DNA of 44,564 bases from Candidatus Deferrimicrobium sp. (GTDB taxonomy: Bacteria; Bacillota; Desulfitobacteriia; Desulfitobacteriales; JAJXUE01): NCBI GenBank assembly GCA_035654715.1, contig DASRWH010000251.1, positions 1-44,564 of the forward strand, written 5' to 3'. Each line of letters opens with the position of its first letter. Within the stretch, counting starts at the first letter, position 1. This document shows, one piece after another, positions 1 through 8,967 of this stretch. The position numbers and the translations under genes were made by a program. The notes below the pieces were generated by a model that was not told the DNA's origin, made no database searches, and worked only from the letters and a program-made list of their open reading frames with translations.

Positions 1-242
1 TCGATACGTTTATCCAGGTCCCTGCCTTTCATCCCGTACAAACTCCCAAAGAACTGTAAATTCTGTTTAGCATTGATAGTGTCATATATGGCGATATCTT
101 GGGGAACATAGCCCACCTGTTTTCTGATTTCTTTTCCTTTGCCTACCTGAATACGAACATTATTTAAGGCTGACTTATCGCCGTATTTTTTTGTTAAGTC
201 ACTACTGATCAGAGCCTTTGACTCGGCACTTTCCATAAGCAT
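1..242 (-). CDS. ABC transporter ATP-binding protein-like, N-terminal part (runs off the window); appears to lack the Walker A segment
   Basis: My own translation of the minus strand from ATG 242-240 (GGAGG 8 nt upstream) gives MLMESAESKALISSDLTKKYGDKSALNNVRIQVGKGKEIRKQVGYVPQDIAIYDTINAKQNLQFFGSLYGMKGRDLDKRI. This matches the ABC ATPase N-terminus and Q-loop region. No GxxGxGK(S/T) lies between GKG and EIRKQVGYVPQ. Confidence 0.5.
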   Translation of the reverse strand, partial: MLMESAESKALISSDLTKKYGDKSALNNVRIQVGKGKEIRKQVGYVPQDIAIYDTINAKQNLQFFGSLYGMKGRDLDKRI

Positions 243-258
243 ATGAACATCCTCCTTC

Positions 259-996
259 TCAATCTCCTGTCAACAGCTTTCCTTGCTTGAGTCTGTGGGA
301 GATAAACTTAAAGATGAGAAACCCCAATCCGTAGGAAACAATCCCTTCAGCCAGCAAAATTACATAGTTTAAGTTGGCTATTATGTTAGCGGGATCTGTT
401 TTATCCGAAAATTGTAATCCTACAAGATTAACCTGAAGATTTAGCGCTGTTATCACCAATCCCCACAACAACCCCACAATCAATTTGGAACTGGACTTCT
501 TAAAGCTTCCAAGCAGCATTCCCACCATAACCAGGAATGGGCCAAGGGCAATAGCTAACAATACCTCGGCAAAGCCGATTTGCAATTGTAGTAAGAACTG
601 ATGCCAGGACCATCCTCCCATTGCTAGGTCAACCAGAAAAATATATAAAGCAATATACACAAAAACTCCAGCAAATAGTGATGCCCATCGTTCAAGTGCG
701 ACCAGAGCTTTTGCCAATAACAGCTTCTCGCGGGGAGCGGGTAAGGAAAGCCACCAATACAACTTTTCTTCCTTCCACTCCCTTACGGTTGCTCTGGCAC
801 CAAAGCCAACACCTGAATATATCATGCCAAACAATGCTAGCCAAGCAATTCTAGGTTCCTTAAACCATCCTTCGTAAGCAAACAAGACCGATAATCCTAG
901 CCACAGAATTAACGTGCCACCCTTTATCCATTTGTTCCAACACGTTCTTTTTGCCCAGCCCTTGCGTTCAAAGTCCATCAGTGTCCTGACTGTCAT
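259..996 (-). CDS. Multi-pass membrane protein, probable ABC-2 type permease partner
   Basis: The 245 aa ORF is very hydrophobic. It overlaps the upstream ATPase gene by 4 nt (ATGA), as in ytrB/ytrC-like operons. Confidence 0.6.
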   Translation of the reverse strand: MTVRTLMDFERKGWAKRTCWNKWIKGGTLILWLGLSVLFAYEGWFKEPRIAWLALFGMIYSGVGFGARATVREWKEEKLYWWLSLPAPREKLLLAKALVALERWASLFAGVFVYIALYIFLVDLAMGGWSWHQFLLQLQIGFAEVLLAIALGPFLVMVGMLLGSFKKSSSKLIVGLLWGLVITALNLQVNLVGLQFSDKTDPANIIANLNYVILLAEGIVSYGLGFLIFKFISHRLKQGKLLTGD

Positions 997-1691
997 ACCC
1001 GCATCAGCTCCTTATACATCTGCCTTAACGACCCATACTTCGCCCGTACACTTTCCGCCTCTTGATTCAAAGCTACCCGCCCATCGTTAAGTAGGATTAT
1101 TTCATCAAAGACCCCTTCGACATCGTCCAAGTCATGGGTGCTGATCAACACGGATTGAACCCCTGTGGAAATTGCGCCAATAACCGCATCGACCATTGCC
1201 TCCCGGGATAAAATATCCAATCCGGCAAAGGGTTCGTCCAGCACCAGTAACTCCGGTTTTCTGGCAACGCATAGGGCTATATTCAATCTGGCCTCTTGCC
1301 CCCGGGAAAGTTCGCTTATGGAGGCTTGAGCAGGGATCTTTGCTCCTTCCAGAATTTCTTCTGCTATCCCCAAATCAAATACCGGGTAAAGTCTTAGGGC
1401 CATATCCAATGCTTCGTTCAATTTCATTGTCCGGGAAAAATGACCCCTGTCTGGAAGAAAAGCAACTCGCTCAAAGGCTTGCCAGGAGGGTGGCTCCCCA
1501 AATATCCTTACTTCACCCTTATCTGGCGACAGTAACCCAACAGCAATTTTTAAGAGTGTGGATTTTCCCACACCGTTAGGGCCTAATAATCCGACCGCTT
1601 TGCCCTTTCCGATGGAAAAGCTGATGTCTGTTAACACCTGCTGTCCACGAAAACCCTTGTTTATTCCGTCTAGTCTTAATAGCTCACTCAT
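993..1691 (-). CDS. ABC transporter ATP-binding protein
   Basis: Walker A GPNGVGKST, signature LSRGQEARL and Walker B LLVLDEP are present. It is translationally coupled to the GntR gene upstream and the permease downstream. Confidence 0.9.
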   Translation of the reverse strand: MSELLRLDGINKGFRGQQVLTDISFSIGKGKAVGLLGPNGVGKSTLLKIAVGLLSPDKGEVRIFGEPPSWQAFERVAFLPDRGHFSRTMKLNEALDMALRLYPVFDLGIAEEILEGAKIPAQASISELSRGQEARLNIALCVARKPELLVLDEPFAGLDILSREAMVDAVIGAISTGVQSVLISTHDLDDVEGVFDEIILLNDGRVALNQEAESVRAKYGSLRQMYKELMRV

Positions 1692-2074
1692 TGATAATCC
1701 GCCTCCTCCATCAGCGCTAGCACCTGCTCATGGGTAAACCCTAACTGACTCATCGCCTTACTAAATTCCCTTATTGCCTTGTCAGCTAATTCTTGGCGTA
1801 TATTGTCAATGAATTCTTGTTTAGTAGTCGTAAAGGTTCCTTGTCCCCGGTAAGTCACCAGTAATCCGCTCCTCTCCAGGTCCTGATACGCTCGCATTAC
1901 GGTATTAGGATTTACTTTTAACAATTGGGCCAGTTCACGTACCGAGGGCATTCTTACCTCTAGCGCTACCTCACCCCGGGCCAGAGCTCCTCGTACTTGT
2001 TCCACTATCTGCTCATAAAAGGGCTTGGTTGGATCAAGCTTGAACGTTATTCCTGCCACCTGAATACTCTCCAT
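1688..2074 (-). CDS. GntR family (YtrA-subfamily, short) transcriptional regulator
   Basis: 128 aa with the GntR wHTH motif (PSVRELAQLLKVNPNTVMRAYQDLERSGLLVTYRGQGTFT). It is the first gene of the ABC operon. Confidence 0.9.
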   Translation of the reverse strand: MESIQVAGITFKLDPTKPFYEQIVEQVRGALARGEVALEVRMPSVRELAQLLKVNPNTVMRAYQDLERSGLLVTYRGQGTFTTTKQEFIDNIRQELADKAIREFSKAMSQLGFTHEQVLALMEEADYQ

Positions 2075-2103
2075 AAGATGGCCTCCTTAAATCGACTGTC
2101 TAT

Positions 2104-2128
2104 AGTGTATTATATATGTTAATACACT
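2104..2128. promoter_or_regulatory. Inverted repeat AGTGTATTA-N7-TAATACACT, candidate GntR/YtrA operator
   Basis: Perfect 9-bp arms lie about 30 bp upstream of the GntR start codon, in the divergent intergenic region. Confidence 0.4.
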
Positions 2129-2303
2129 TAAGTCAATGCTTTCTTAGCAAAACTTTTTGCTCCTGTTGTCAGAACTGCAATTTATGTATCTTTAGTAGAT
2201 TAACAGGAAATTTAATATTAATGAGGAAATTTTAATAATGCCCCTGCTTATACTGCGATAAATATTACTTTCCATATGAAACGAAAAAGAAAGAGGTAAG
2301 AAA

Positions 2304-3344
2304 ATGTTAACTCCAGACCTTGATTACCTGGTAGAACAATTATTGGCACTCTGCAACATCCCCAGCCCATCTGGCAACACCGCAAAGGCAATAAACTTTC
2401 TTGCTAGGGAACTGCAAAAGCTCGAAGTTAGCTATCAAACAACCAACAAGGGTGCCCTAATCGCCTCCCTACCCGGGAAGAACAACTCCATCCATCGTAC
2501 CGTTGCAGCCCATGTTGACACTTTAGGAGCCATGGTGAAAGAAATAAAGGCCAATGGCAGACTAAAACTCACCTCCATTGGCTCTTATAACTGGAATACA
2601 GTTGAAGGGGAACTTTGCTACATCCAAACCAATCAGGGTGAAGTGTATACCGGAACCCTCCTAAACACCCACGCTTCAGGTCATGTGTATGAGGACCACG
2701 GGAAGCAGGAACGCAAAGCGGACAACATGGAGTTAAGGATAGACCAAAAGGTCGCTTCCGCTGACGAGGTTAAGGAGCTGGGAATAGAGGTAGGGGATTT
2801 TGTTGCTTTTGAGCCCTCGACGAGACTTTCTGAAAGTGGCTTCATCAACAGCAGACATTTGGATGACAAGGCCAGTGTTGCGGTAATACTCTCTGCCGTC
2901 AAATACATCAAAGAACACGGAATCGTGTTACCCTATACAGTAAACTTCCTCTTCAGCAACAATGAAGAAATCGGCTATGGCGGCAACTCCGGTATTTCTC
3001 CAGAAACCAAAGAATATCTAGTGGTGGACATGGGAGCAATCGGTGAAGGACAAACCACGGATGAGTTTTGCGTATCCATCTGTGCCAAGGATTCGTCCGG
3101 ACCCTATAACTATGAGTTTCGCAAAAAACTCATTGATCTGGCTAAGTCCAACGATATTTACTATCAGGTGGACATCTACCCGCAATACGGCTCCGATGCC
3201 AGCTCCGCTTTAAGAGCAGGCTATGATATAGTTCACGGCCTGATCGGCCCGGGAATCGATGCCTCACACGGTCACGAACGCACCCACAAAGAAGCATTGG
3301 ATAACACAGCTAGATTATTGCTAAATTATTTGGTGAGTGAGTAA
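2304..3344 (+). CDS. M42 family metallo-aminopeptidase (glutamyl aminopeptidase / FrvX / CelM-like)
   Basis: 346 aa. The N-terminal LLALCNIPSPSGNT motif, metal-ligand-like H/D/E motifs (AHVDTLG, RHLDDK, NNEEIGYGG) and C-terminal HGHERTH are typical of the family. Confidence 0.8.
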   Translation: MLTPDLDYLVEQLLALCNIPSPSGNTAKAINFLARELQKLEVSYQTTNKGALIASLPGKNNSIHRTVAAHVDTLGAMVKEIKANGRLKLTSIGSYNWNTVEGELCYIQTNQGEVYTGTLLNTHASGHVYEDHGKQERKADNMELRIDQKVASADEVKELGIEVGDFVAFEPSTRLSESGFINSRHLDDKASVAVILSAVKYIKEHGIVLPYTVNFLFSNNEEIGYGGNSGISPETKEYLVVDMGAIGEGQTTDEFCVSICAKDSSGPYNYEFRKKLIDLAKSNDIYYQVDIYPQYGSDASSALRAGYDIVHGLIGPGIDASHGHERTHKEALDNTARLLLNYLVSE

Positions 3345-3360
3345 TACACAATTAATTCCG

Positions 3361-3418
3361 TTACAGTAGCAAAAACAAGAAGCACCCACGCGGGTGCTTC
3401 TTGTTTTTGTTACTGTAA
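3361..3418. terminator. Bidirectional rho-independent terminator between the convergent peptidase and fdhE genes
   Basis: Long perfect palindrome TTACAGTAGCAAAAACAAGAAGCACCC-ACGC-GGGTGCTTCTTGTTTTTGTTACTGTAA, with A/T tracts on both sides. Confidence 0.8.
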
Positions 3419-4141
3419 CTTACTACGTTCTGCCAGCCACTGTTCAGCAGCATAGTTAAGGGGCAAACTGCGAATATCTTCCCAAATTAAATCATCCACC
3501 GTTAACTCGCGCATATCCAATTGCTTAAAATAAGCACCGCAATCCTCACAAGCTACAATCTCGATTCCAGGGTATTCCTCCGAATTCAAATAGGTCTGCC
3601 TGTTCGTCTCTCCACTACCGCAATGAACACACCCTGTTGTCTTCACCGGCCTTTGGTGACCGCATACTACGCAGTGTAGATAGCGTTTGCCAACCGGGGG
3701 AACAAGAGAGGCAATAACCCCACCCTCCCCACATACAGGGCAAGGTCCGAAGGGTTGATCTTCCGTGGACTCTGCCAGCTGCAATTGCTTACAAGCCAAT
3801 TGGGCTACCCCAGAGAGAGCTAGTTGCAACTTGCCTAGTAGTGAGTATTCGTTAACGAACTTGCCTGCTTTAAACTCATTCCATAGGTTTAGCAATTCTG
3901 GTTTGCCAACTGCCTCCCCAGAGGAAGCATTAATCCTCTGCCATAAATCTAGGATCATCTCTTCCGGTAACTCTGCCAGGGTAAAGTAGGGGGAGGACTC
4001 TGCCGGTTGTAAACTATCTACCCAAGCTGAACCCTGTTCCTGTTGCCACAGTGTAATTTCATCTTTAAGTCTGAGATAGTTTTCCTTGGCTGTAACTAAT
4101 TGTTGCTTCTCAGTTGTCAAATTCTGCTTCATATCGTCCAC
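3410..4141 (-). CDS. fdhE: Formate dehydrogenase accessory protein FdhE
   Basis: Four CxxC motifs (CPVCGEGG, RYLHCVVCGH, CVHCGS, CEDCGAY) sit in FdhE-like spacing. It is the last gene of the fdn operon. A GTG start with a GGAGG RBS is likely. Confidence 0.75.
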   Translation of the reverse strand: MDDMKQNLTTEKQQLVTAKENYLRLKDEITLWQQEQGSAWVDSLQPAESSPYFTLAELPEEMILDLWQRINASSGEAVGKPELLNLWNEFKAGKFVNEYSLLGKLQLALSGVAQLACKQLQLAESTEDQPFGPCPVCGEGGVIASLVPPVGKRYLHCVVCGHQRPVKTTGCVHCGSGETNRQTYLNSEEYPGIEIVACEDCGAYFKQLDMRELTVDDLIWEDIRSLPLNYAAEQWLAERSKLQ

Positions 4142-4174
4142 AGACTTTCCTCCCCTGTTGATAAAGCTTAGTTT

Positions 4175-4864
4175 TTATTTCCCTGCTTGCTGCTGTTGCT
4201 TTATTTCCTCGTACCAAGCACCATGATGGGCCTTGGCAAAGCTCTCGGATACATAGCCTTTTACCATTCCAGGCAGGGCGACTCTTGATTCCGGATTTAA
4301 TAGGGACAGGTACACGTGTCCGATTACAGAAGTTGTCATCATAAACATTGCAAGGTCATGAATCGGATAGGCTGTTAGGACCAGTCCAATGGGAAAATAC
4401 TGGGGAAACCACATTACTATGCCACTGCCAGCGATAAATACACTCCCAAAAATGGTAAACAGTGAGTTGATTTTTTCTCCACCGTTGTATTTGGCCTGAG
4501 GTGGATAATTGCCGTGCCCGCCAAAGAATTCTGCTGCAAACGCCTTGATGTGCTTAATGTCAGCATCAGTAAACTTAAAAGCAGTACGAATCCATTCCCA
4601 GTGATACTTTGGGTCATTGATAAAAAACATTGCCCCGGTACCGACTACAAATATCACCGCCATAACCCTGTGAATGATCCGGGCAACTTGTATTCCACCC
4701 ATTATACCCATTGCAGGACGAACAAATTCCGAAAGTACTCCCAGACCGGTGAACAGGAGCAGAAAAAAACTAATAGCATGAACCCAGTGACTAAATCTCT
4801 CCCCTCCGGTAAATCTCAAAACTTCTCCTGGTGGAGTTGGGGTAGCCTTTTGTTGAGTTGCCAT
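4175..4864 (-). CDS. fdnI: Formate dehydrogenase gamma subunit (cytochrome b, FdnI/FdoI-like)
   Basis: 229 aa with four or more TM helices and conserved His residues (FSHWVHA, IHRV, IGHVY). Its start overlaps the fdnH stop (TAATG). Confidence 0.8.
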   Translation of the reverse strand: MATQQKATPTPPGEVLRFTGGERFSHWVHAISFFLLLFTGLGVLSEFVRPAMGIMGGIQVARIIHRVMAVIFVVGTGAMFFINDPKYHWEWIRTAFKFTDADIKHIKAFAAEFFGGHGNYPPQAKYNGGEKINSLFTIFGSVFIAGSGIVMWFPQYFPIGLVLTAYPIHDLAMFMMTTSVIGHVYLSLLNPESRVALPGMVKGYVSESFAKAHHGAWYEEIKQQQQAGK

Positions 4865-5679
4865 TAATGTTTTCCTCCCTTCTCTGGTTCGGATTGATCA
4901 GCAATCGGATCCTTTTTGTAATTACCTTTAACTGCGTTGGTGAGCACTCCCACCAGTACTGCAGCTGCAGCTCCGCCCATGGCCCAGGTCCCCACCGGAC
5001 GAATAAGATCCTTCCAAAGAGTCAAGGAGAGCGGGGCTGAAACGTTCGCTGTCAAGCCATACGCTTTGGGTACATCCAGTAGGATGTACTTATAAGTTGT
5101 TCCGCCCATTTCCTTTTCACCATAGAGGTTGGCCATGGGATATTTCTTTTGGACTTCTGCCAAACGCTTTTTAGCCTTGTCCATCATAGCATCCATGTCT
5201 CCATAGTCAAGAGCACCAGGTTGGCAGATGCTTACACAGGCGGGCTTTAAATCGTTCTCCACCCGGTCCGTACAGCCTGTACACTTAGATGCCTTGTTGG
5301 CCACTTTGTCTACCTTGGGTACACTGAAGGGACAGTTCTCTACGCAGTAGCCGCAGCCGATACACTTTTCACGGTCGATTACCACGAAACCATAGTCGGT
5401 CTTGGAAATAGCGTTCGATGTACATGCTTTTAGGCATGCTGGCTCGCTACAATGAAAGCACTGGGCCTTACGGAACAACCACTGCAGCTTACTATTCTCG
5501 TACTTTTCCTCAAAGGTGATATAGGTATAGGTATTAGGAGTAAAGTCCTTCATACTCTGATAACTCTTGACTAGAGTTGTCTTTTCAGCCGGAAGGTCAT
5601 TCCACTCTTTGCAGGCTGCTGAGCAAGCCTTGCACCCTGTACACTTAGAGGTGTCAACTAATATCATTTTCTTTGTCAT
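4864..5679 (-). CDS. fdnH: Formate dehydrogenase beta subunit (4x[4Fe-4S], C-terminal membrane anchor)
   Basis: Multiple CxxCxxCxxxC ferredoxin motifs and a C-terminal TM helix (WAMGGAAAAVLVGVL). I place the start at ATG 5679 (MTKKMILVDTSKCTGC), with AAGGAGG 8 nt upstream, rather than the longer tracked ORF. Confidence 0.9.
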   Translation of the reverse strand: MTKKMILVDTSKCTGCKACSAACKEWNDLPAEKTTLVKSYQSMKDFTPNTYTYITFEEKYENSKLQWLFRKAQCFHCSEPACLKACTSNAISKTDYGFVVIDREKCIGCGYCVENCPFSVPKVDKVANKASKCTGCTDRVENDLKPACVSICQPGALDYGDMDAMMDKAKKRLAEVQKKYPMANLYGEKEMGGTTYKYILLDVPKAYGLTANVSAPLSLTLWKDLIRPVGTWAMGGAAAAVLVGVLTNAVKGNYKKDPIADQSEPEKGGKH

Positions 5680-5681
5680 CT

Positions 5682-8600
5682 CTAAGCCCTCCTTAGGTTG
5701 ACCAAACAGCATTTGTACTCCGGTGTTCCTGCAGTGGGATCGATTACGCCTATGGTTAATTCGTTAGCACTAGGTCCGGGACTTAGTGAGGCGAAGCCCC
5801 AACTCCAGGGCATACCGATTGTTTCGGTCTCCTTACCATTAACCTTGTAAGACTGGATTCGATCTGTTACCAGGCAGCGGACTTGTACTTTACCGCGGGC
5901 GGAGGAAAGTTCAACCTTATCTCCGTCATTAAGCCCAATCTTCTTAGCCAGGTTTTTACTGATTTCAGCAAAGGGTTCAGGCATCAATTCGTTAAGTACG
6001 GGAATGTTTCTGGTGATACCACCGGCACAAAAGTGTTCCGTTACACCATAGGTGGTTAGAACGTAGGGAAAGTCTTGCTTTTTGCCTACCTTCTGCACCT
6101 CTGGTAGAGTTGCAGGCATTACAACTGCGGGGTTGGAAGATACCTGAGGGTGAAGTATGTTTTCCGTCGGGCTTTCAACAGGCTCGTAAAACTCTGGAAT
6201 CGGTCCGTCATTGCACACCCCTGCTGGTCTTATACCGATCGGTGGTAATCCGTCAGCAGGTGGAGTTGCTGGCATTCCGCTAGTATACTTCGCGGCAAAC
6301 AAGCGTCCAATCCCTTCGGGATTCATGCGGAAAGCCTGTTTCCCTTCAGGAGTGTCTGGACCTTTGGTCTTGTCCACAACGTCTGCTCCGTCATTTCCCG
6401 CCCAGACTTGATTAGCGGCATCCCACCAGACCAACTTGCGCTTTGAGTCAACCGGTTGACCATTGGCATCGCAGGATGCTCTGTTATAGAGAATACGAAT
6501 GTTTCCGGGCCAGGCGAAACTCCAATTGCGGAACAGTCCAAGTCCAGACGGATCGTCGTTCTTCCTCTTTGCAGCGAGGTTGCCGTTTCCGGTAACACCT
6601 GCATAAATCCAACAGCCTGAAGATACTGCTCCTACAGGTGCCTTCAGATAATCCGCCAGGGTTGGTAGTACCTTGCCAGTGGTTTCATCATACCCACCCA
6701 GCTCTTGTAGTACCTTTATTGCCTTTGGTTCCTCGCCGTAATCCCAACGGGCATTGAATATTGGCTCATCTTTAGGATCCGTACTTCCTTCATACAGCTT
6801 TTTAACCCGTTTATATAACAAATCAAGTATATCTAAGTCAGGTTTGGCATCACCCAGGGGTTTAATCGCTGCATCCTTCCACTGGATCCAACGACTGGAG
6901 TTGGTTAAGGAACCGTCTTTTTCATAGACAAAAGCAGCCGGTAGGAAAATAACTTCGGTCTTAATATCCGCGGGGTTAACTCCCGGTTCACGCCAGAACT
7001 GCGCAGTTTCGGTCTCAAACAAGTCAGCTACTACCAACATATCCAGTTTAGCTAAACCTTGTCGAACAACTGCCCTGTTGGGGATAGAAACCAAGGAGTT
7101 AGACCCAATATTAATTACCATCTTAAACTGACCCTTGTTGACGAGGTCCCAGACCCGTGCCATGGAAGCATTTACTCCGGAGTTGAACTTAGGCATATAA
7201 CCAAAGCAATAATCGTTGTCCTTGGTAGCTTTTTCCCCAAACCATGCTTTTAGCATGGAAACAATATGTTTTTGTTGAAAACTACCGTTGTGCACAAGAT
7301 AATCTCTTAGAGTCTTGTCGGTATGGTTAGGAGCTGGGAGGTAACCAGGCAGGTTATTATACAGGTTAGCCATATCGGTTGAACCCTGTACATTTGGTTC
7401 TCCACGCAGTGCGTTAATACCACCGCCTGCTTTACCGACATTACCCAAAAGCAATTGGATTATTGCATAGCAGCGGATTCCCTGCACAGCAGTTGTATGT
7501 TGGGTCATCCCCAGTGCATATAGAATTGTAGCAGGTTTAGCACTACAGAAGGTGTCAGCGATCTCTTTAATCTTGGCTGCAGGGATACCGCTGATATTCT
7601 CCGCAGTTTCAAAGGTATAGCGGGAAAAGTGTTCTTTCAACTTGCTAAATACTGAGTCTGGATCATCAAAACTAGCAGCTTTAACAGGTTTCTTTTGATC
7701 ATCTAATTGATAAGCCCAGCTGTCCATGTTATATTTCTTGGTTTTTGCATCAAAGCCGGAGAACAGCCCACTATCAAATTTAAAATCCTTGTTGATTTTA
7801 ACCAGGGCATTGGTGTAGTTGCTTACATAGTCGGCATCGTACAATTTATTATCGATAATGTGCTTGATAATTGCACCAAGATAGGCAATATCTGCTCCAG
7901 GGCGAATTTGCGCGAAGATGTCAGCCTGAGAAGCAGTGCGGGTGAAACGTGGATCAACAACAATTACTTTTGCACCCTTTTCTTTAGCCTTGTTTATCCA
8001 ACGCATCGCGATCGGGTGGTTTTCCGCACAGTTGCTGCCTGCAATTAAGAAACACTCAGAGTTTTGTAAATCGGACCAGGAATTGGTCATAGCACCACGG
8101 CCAAACGAAGGTGACAAACTTGCCACCGTGGGAGCGTGTCAGATACGGGCCTGGTGTTCATTAAAGGGAGTACCCCAGATCATGGACAATTTCTTAATCA
8201 AGTAGGATTCTTCATTGTCAACCTCTGCTGATCCTAGTACAGCTATTCCCTCAGCACGGTTTACAACAAAGGTTTCCTTTTGCCCGGTAGTCGCGTTTAC
8301 AACATCCTCTGTAGCCTTCCAGGTCTTGTCCCTTACATCTTTTACCTTCTTTGCCACCTTATCGATGGCTTCGTCCCAAGAAATCTCTTCCCATTTATTC
8401 GAACCGGGGGCCCGTCGCATGGGCTTTGTAACCCGATCCTTAGAGTAGGCAACATGCCTTAGGCTAGCTGCTTTAGGGCAGAGTGTTCCAGAGTTAGTAG
8501 GATGATCCGGGTCCCCAGCCAGGTGAATCAGTTTTTCATCTTTAATGTAGAGCAAGAGCCCGCATCCGCCAGAACAAAAATGGCAGATACTCGGAATCTT

Positions 8601-8729
8601 TTTTGTTCCTTCGATTTTCAATGCGAATCCTTTAGCCTGGGCAATTTCAGGATCAAATCCGATGCCCGTTGCCAGTGCGGCTAGGGATACGCCCGAAAGT
8701 TTGAGGAACCCGCGACGGGAGACATCCAT
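5682..8729 (-). CDS. fdnG: Formate dehydrogenase alpha subunit, Tat-exported, selenocysteine-containing (UGA at 8141-8139 recoded)
   Basis: ORFs 8139..8729 and 5682..8126 are in the same frame and separated only by TGA. Read-through gives NEHQARI-U-HAPTVASLSPSFGRGAMTNSW, the canonical FdnG/FdhF Sec active-site context. The N-terminus carries a twin-arginine signal (SRRGFLK). Total length is 3048 nt, or 1016 codons. Confidence 0.9.
8105..8129 (-). promoter_or_regulatory. SECIS-like hairpin downstream of the fdnG UGA
   Basis: The RNA ACGGUGGCA-AGUU-UGUCACCUUCGU starts 9 nt 3' of the UGA. It forms a 7-bp stem (one G-U pair) plus a lower ACG/CGU extension. Confidence 0.55.
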
Positions 8730-8906
8730 ATCTTTTCCTCCTTATAGTTGTTGTCTGTTTAGGTATGGCAATAAGCGATGGGATTTGCTTTGCCATTGTC
8801 GATTTGCACTACTTTTCACAATTGCGCAATTTTCTGAATATATGCTATTTTAGCTTTTTATTCACTCTTATTCACCATTAAGTAAGTAAAGAAAGCATTT
8901 AGTACA

Positions 8907-8938
8907 TAAAAAAAGTAGCACTTTTTCAAAGCACTACT
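8907..8938 (-). terminator. Rho-independent terminator after the Cache-HAMP-HTH regulator gene
   Basis: The minus-strand RNA AGUAGUGCUUU-GAA-AAAGUGCUACU is followed by U7. Two G-U pairs make the hairpin specific to this strand. Confidence 0.65.
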
Positions 8939-8967
8939 TAAAGCGAAAGCCTATTTCTGTCTAGTTT

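Noticed and set aside
8136-8141. In-frame TGA splitting fdnG, and likewise 34682-34687 splitting fdhA. This could be read as a pseudogene, a frameshift or two separate genes.
   Set aside because: Both TGAs fall exactly at the catalytic Sec/Cys position of the conserved H-x-A-R-[IT]-U-H-x-P-T-V motif. Both halves stay in the same frame, and a stem-loop follows each. Selenocysteine recoding is the far better explanation.
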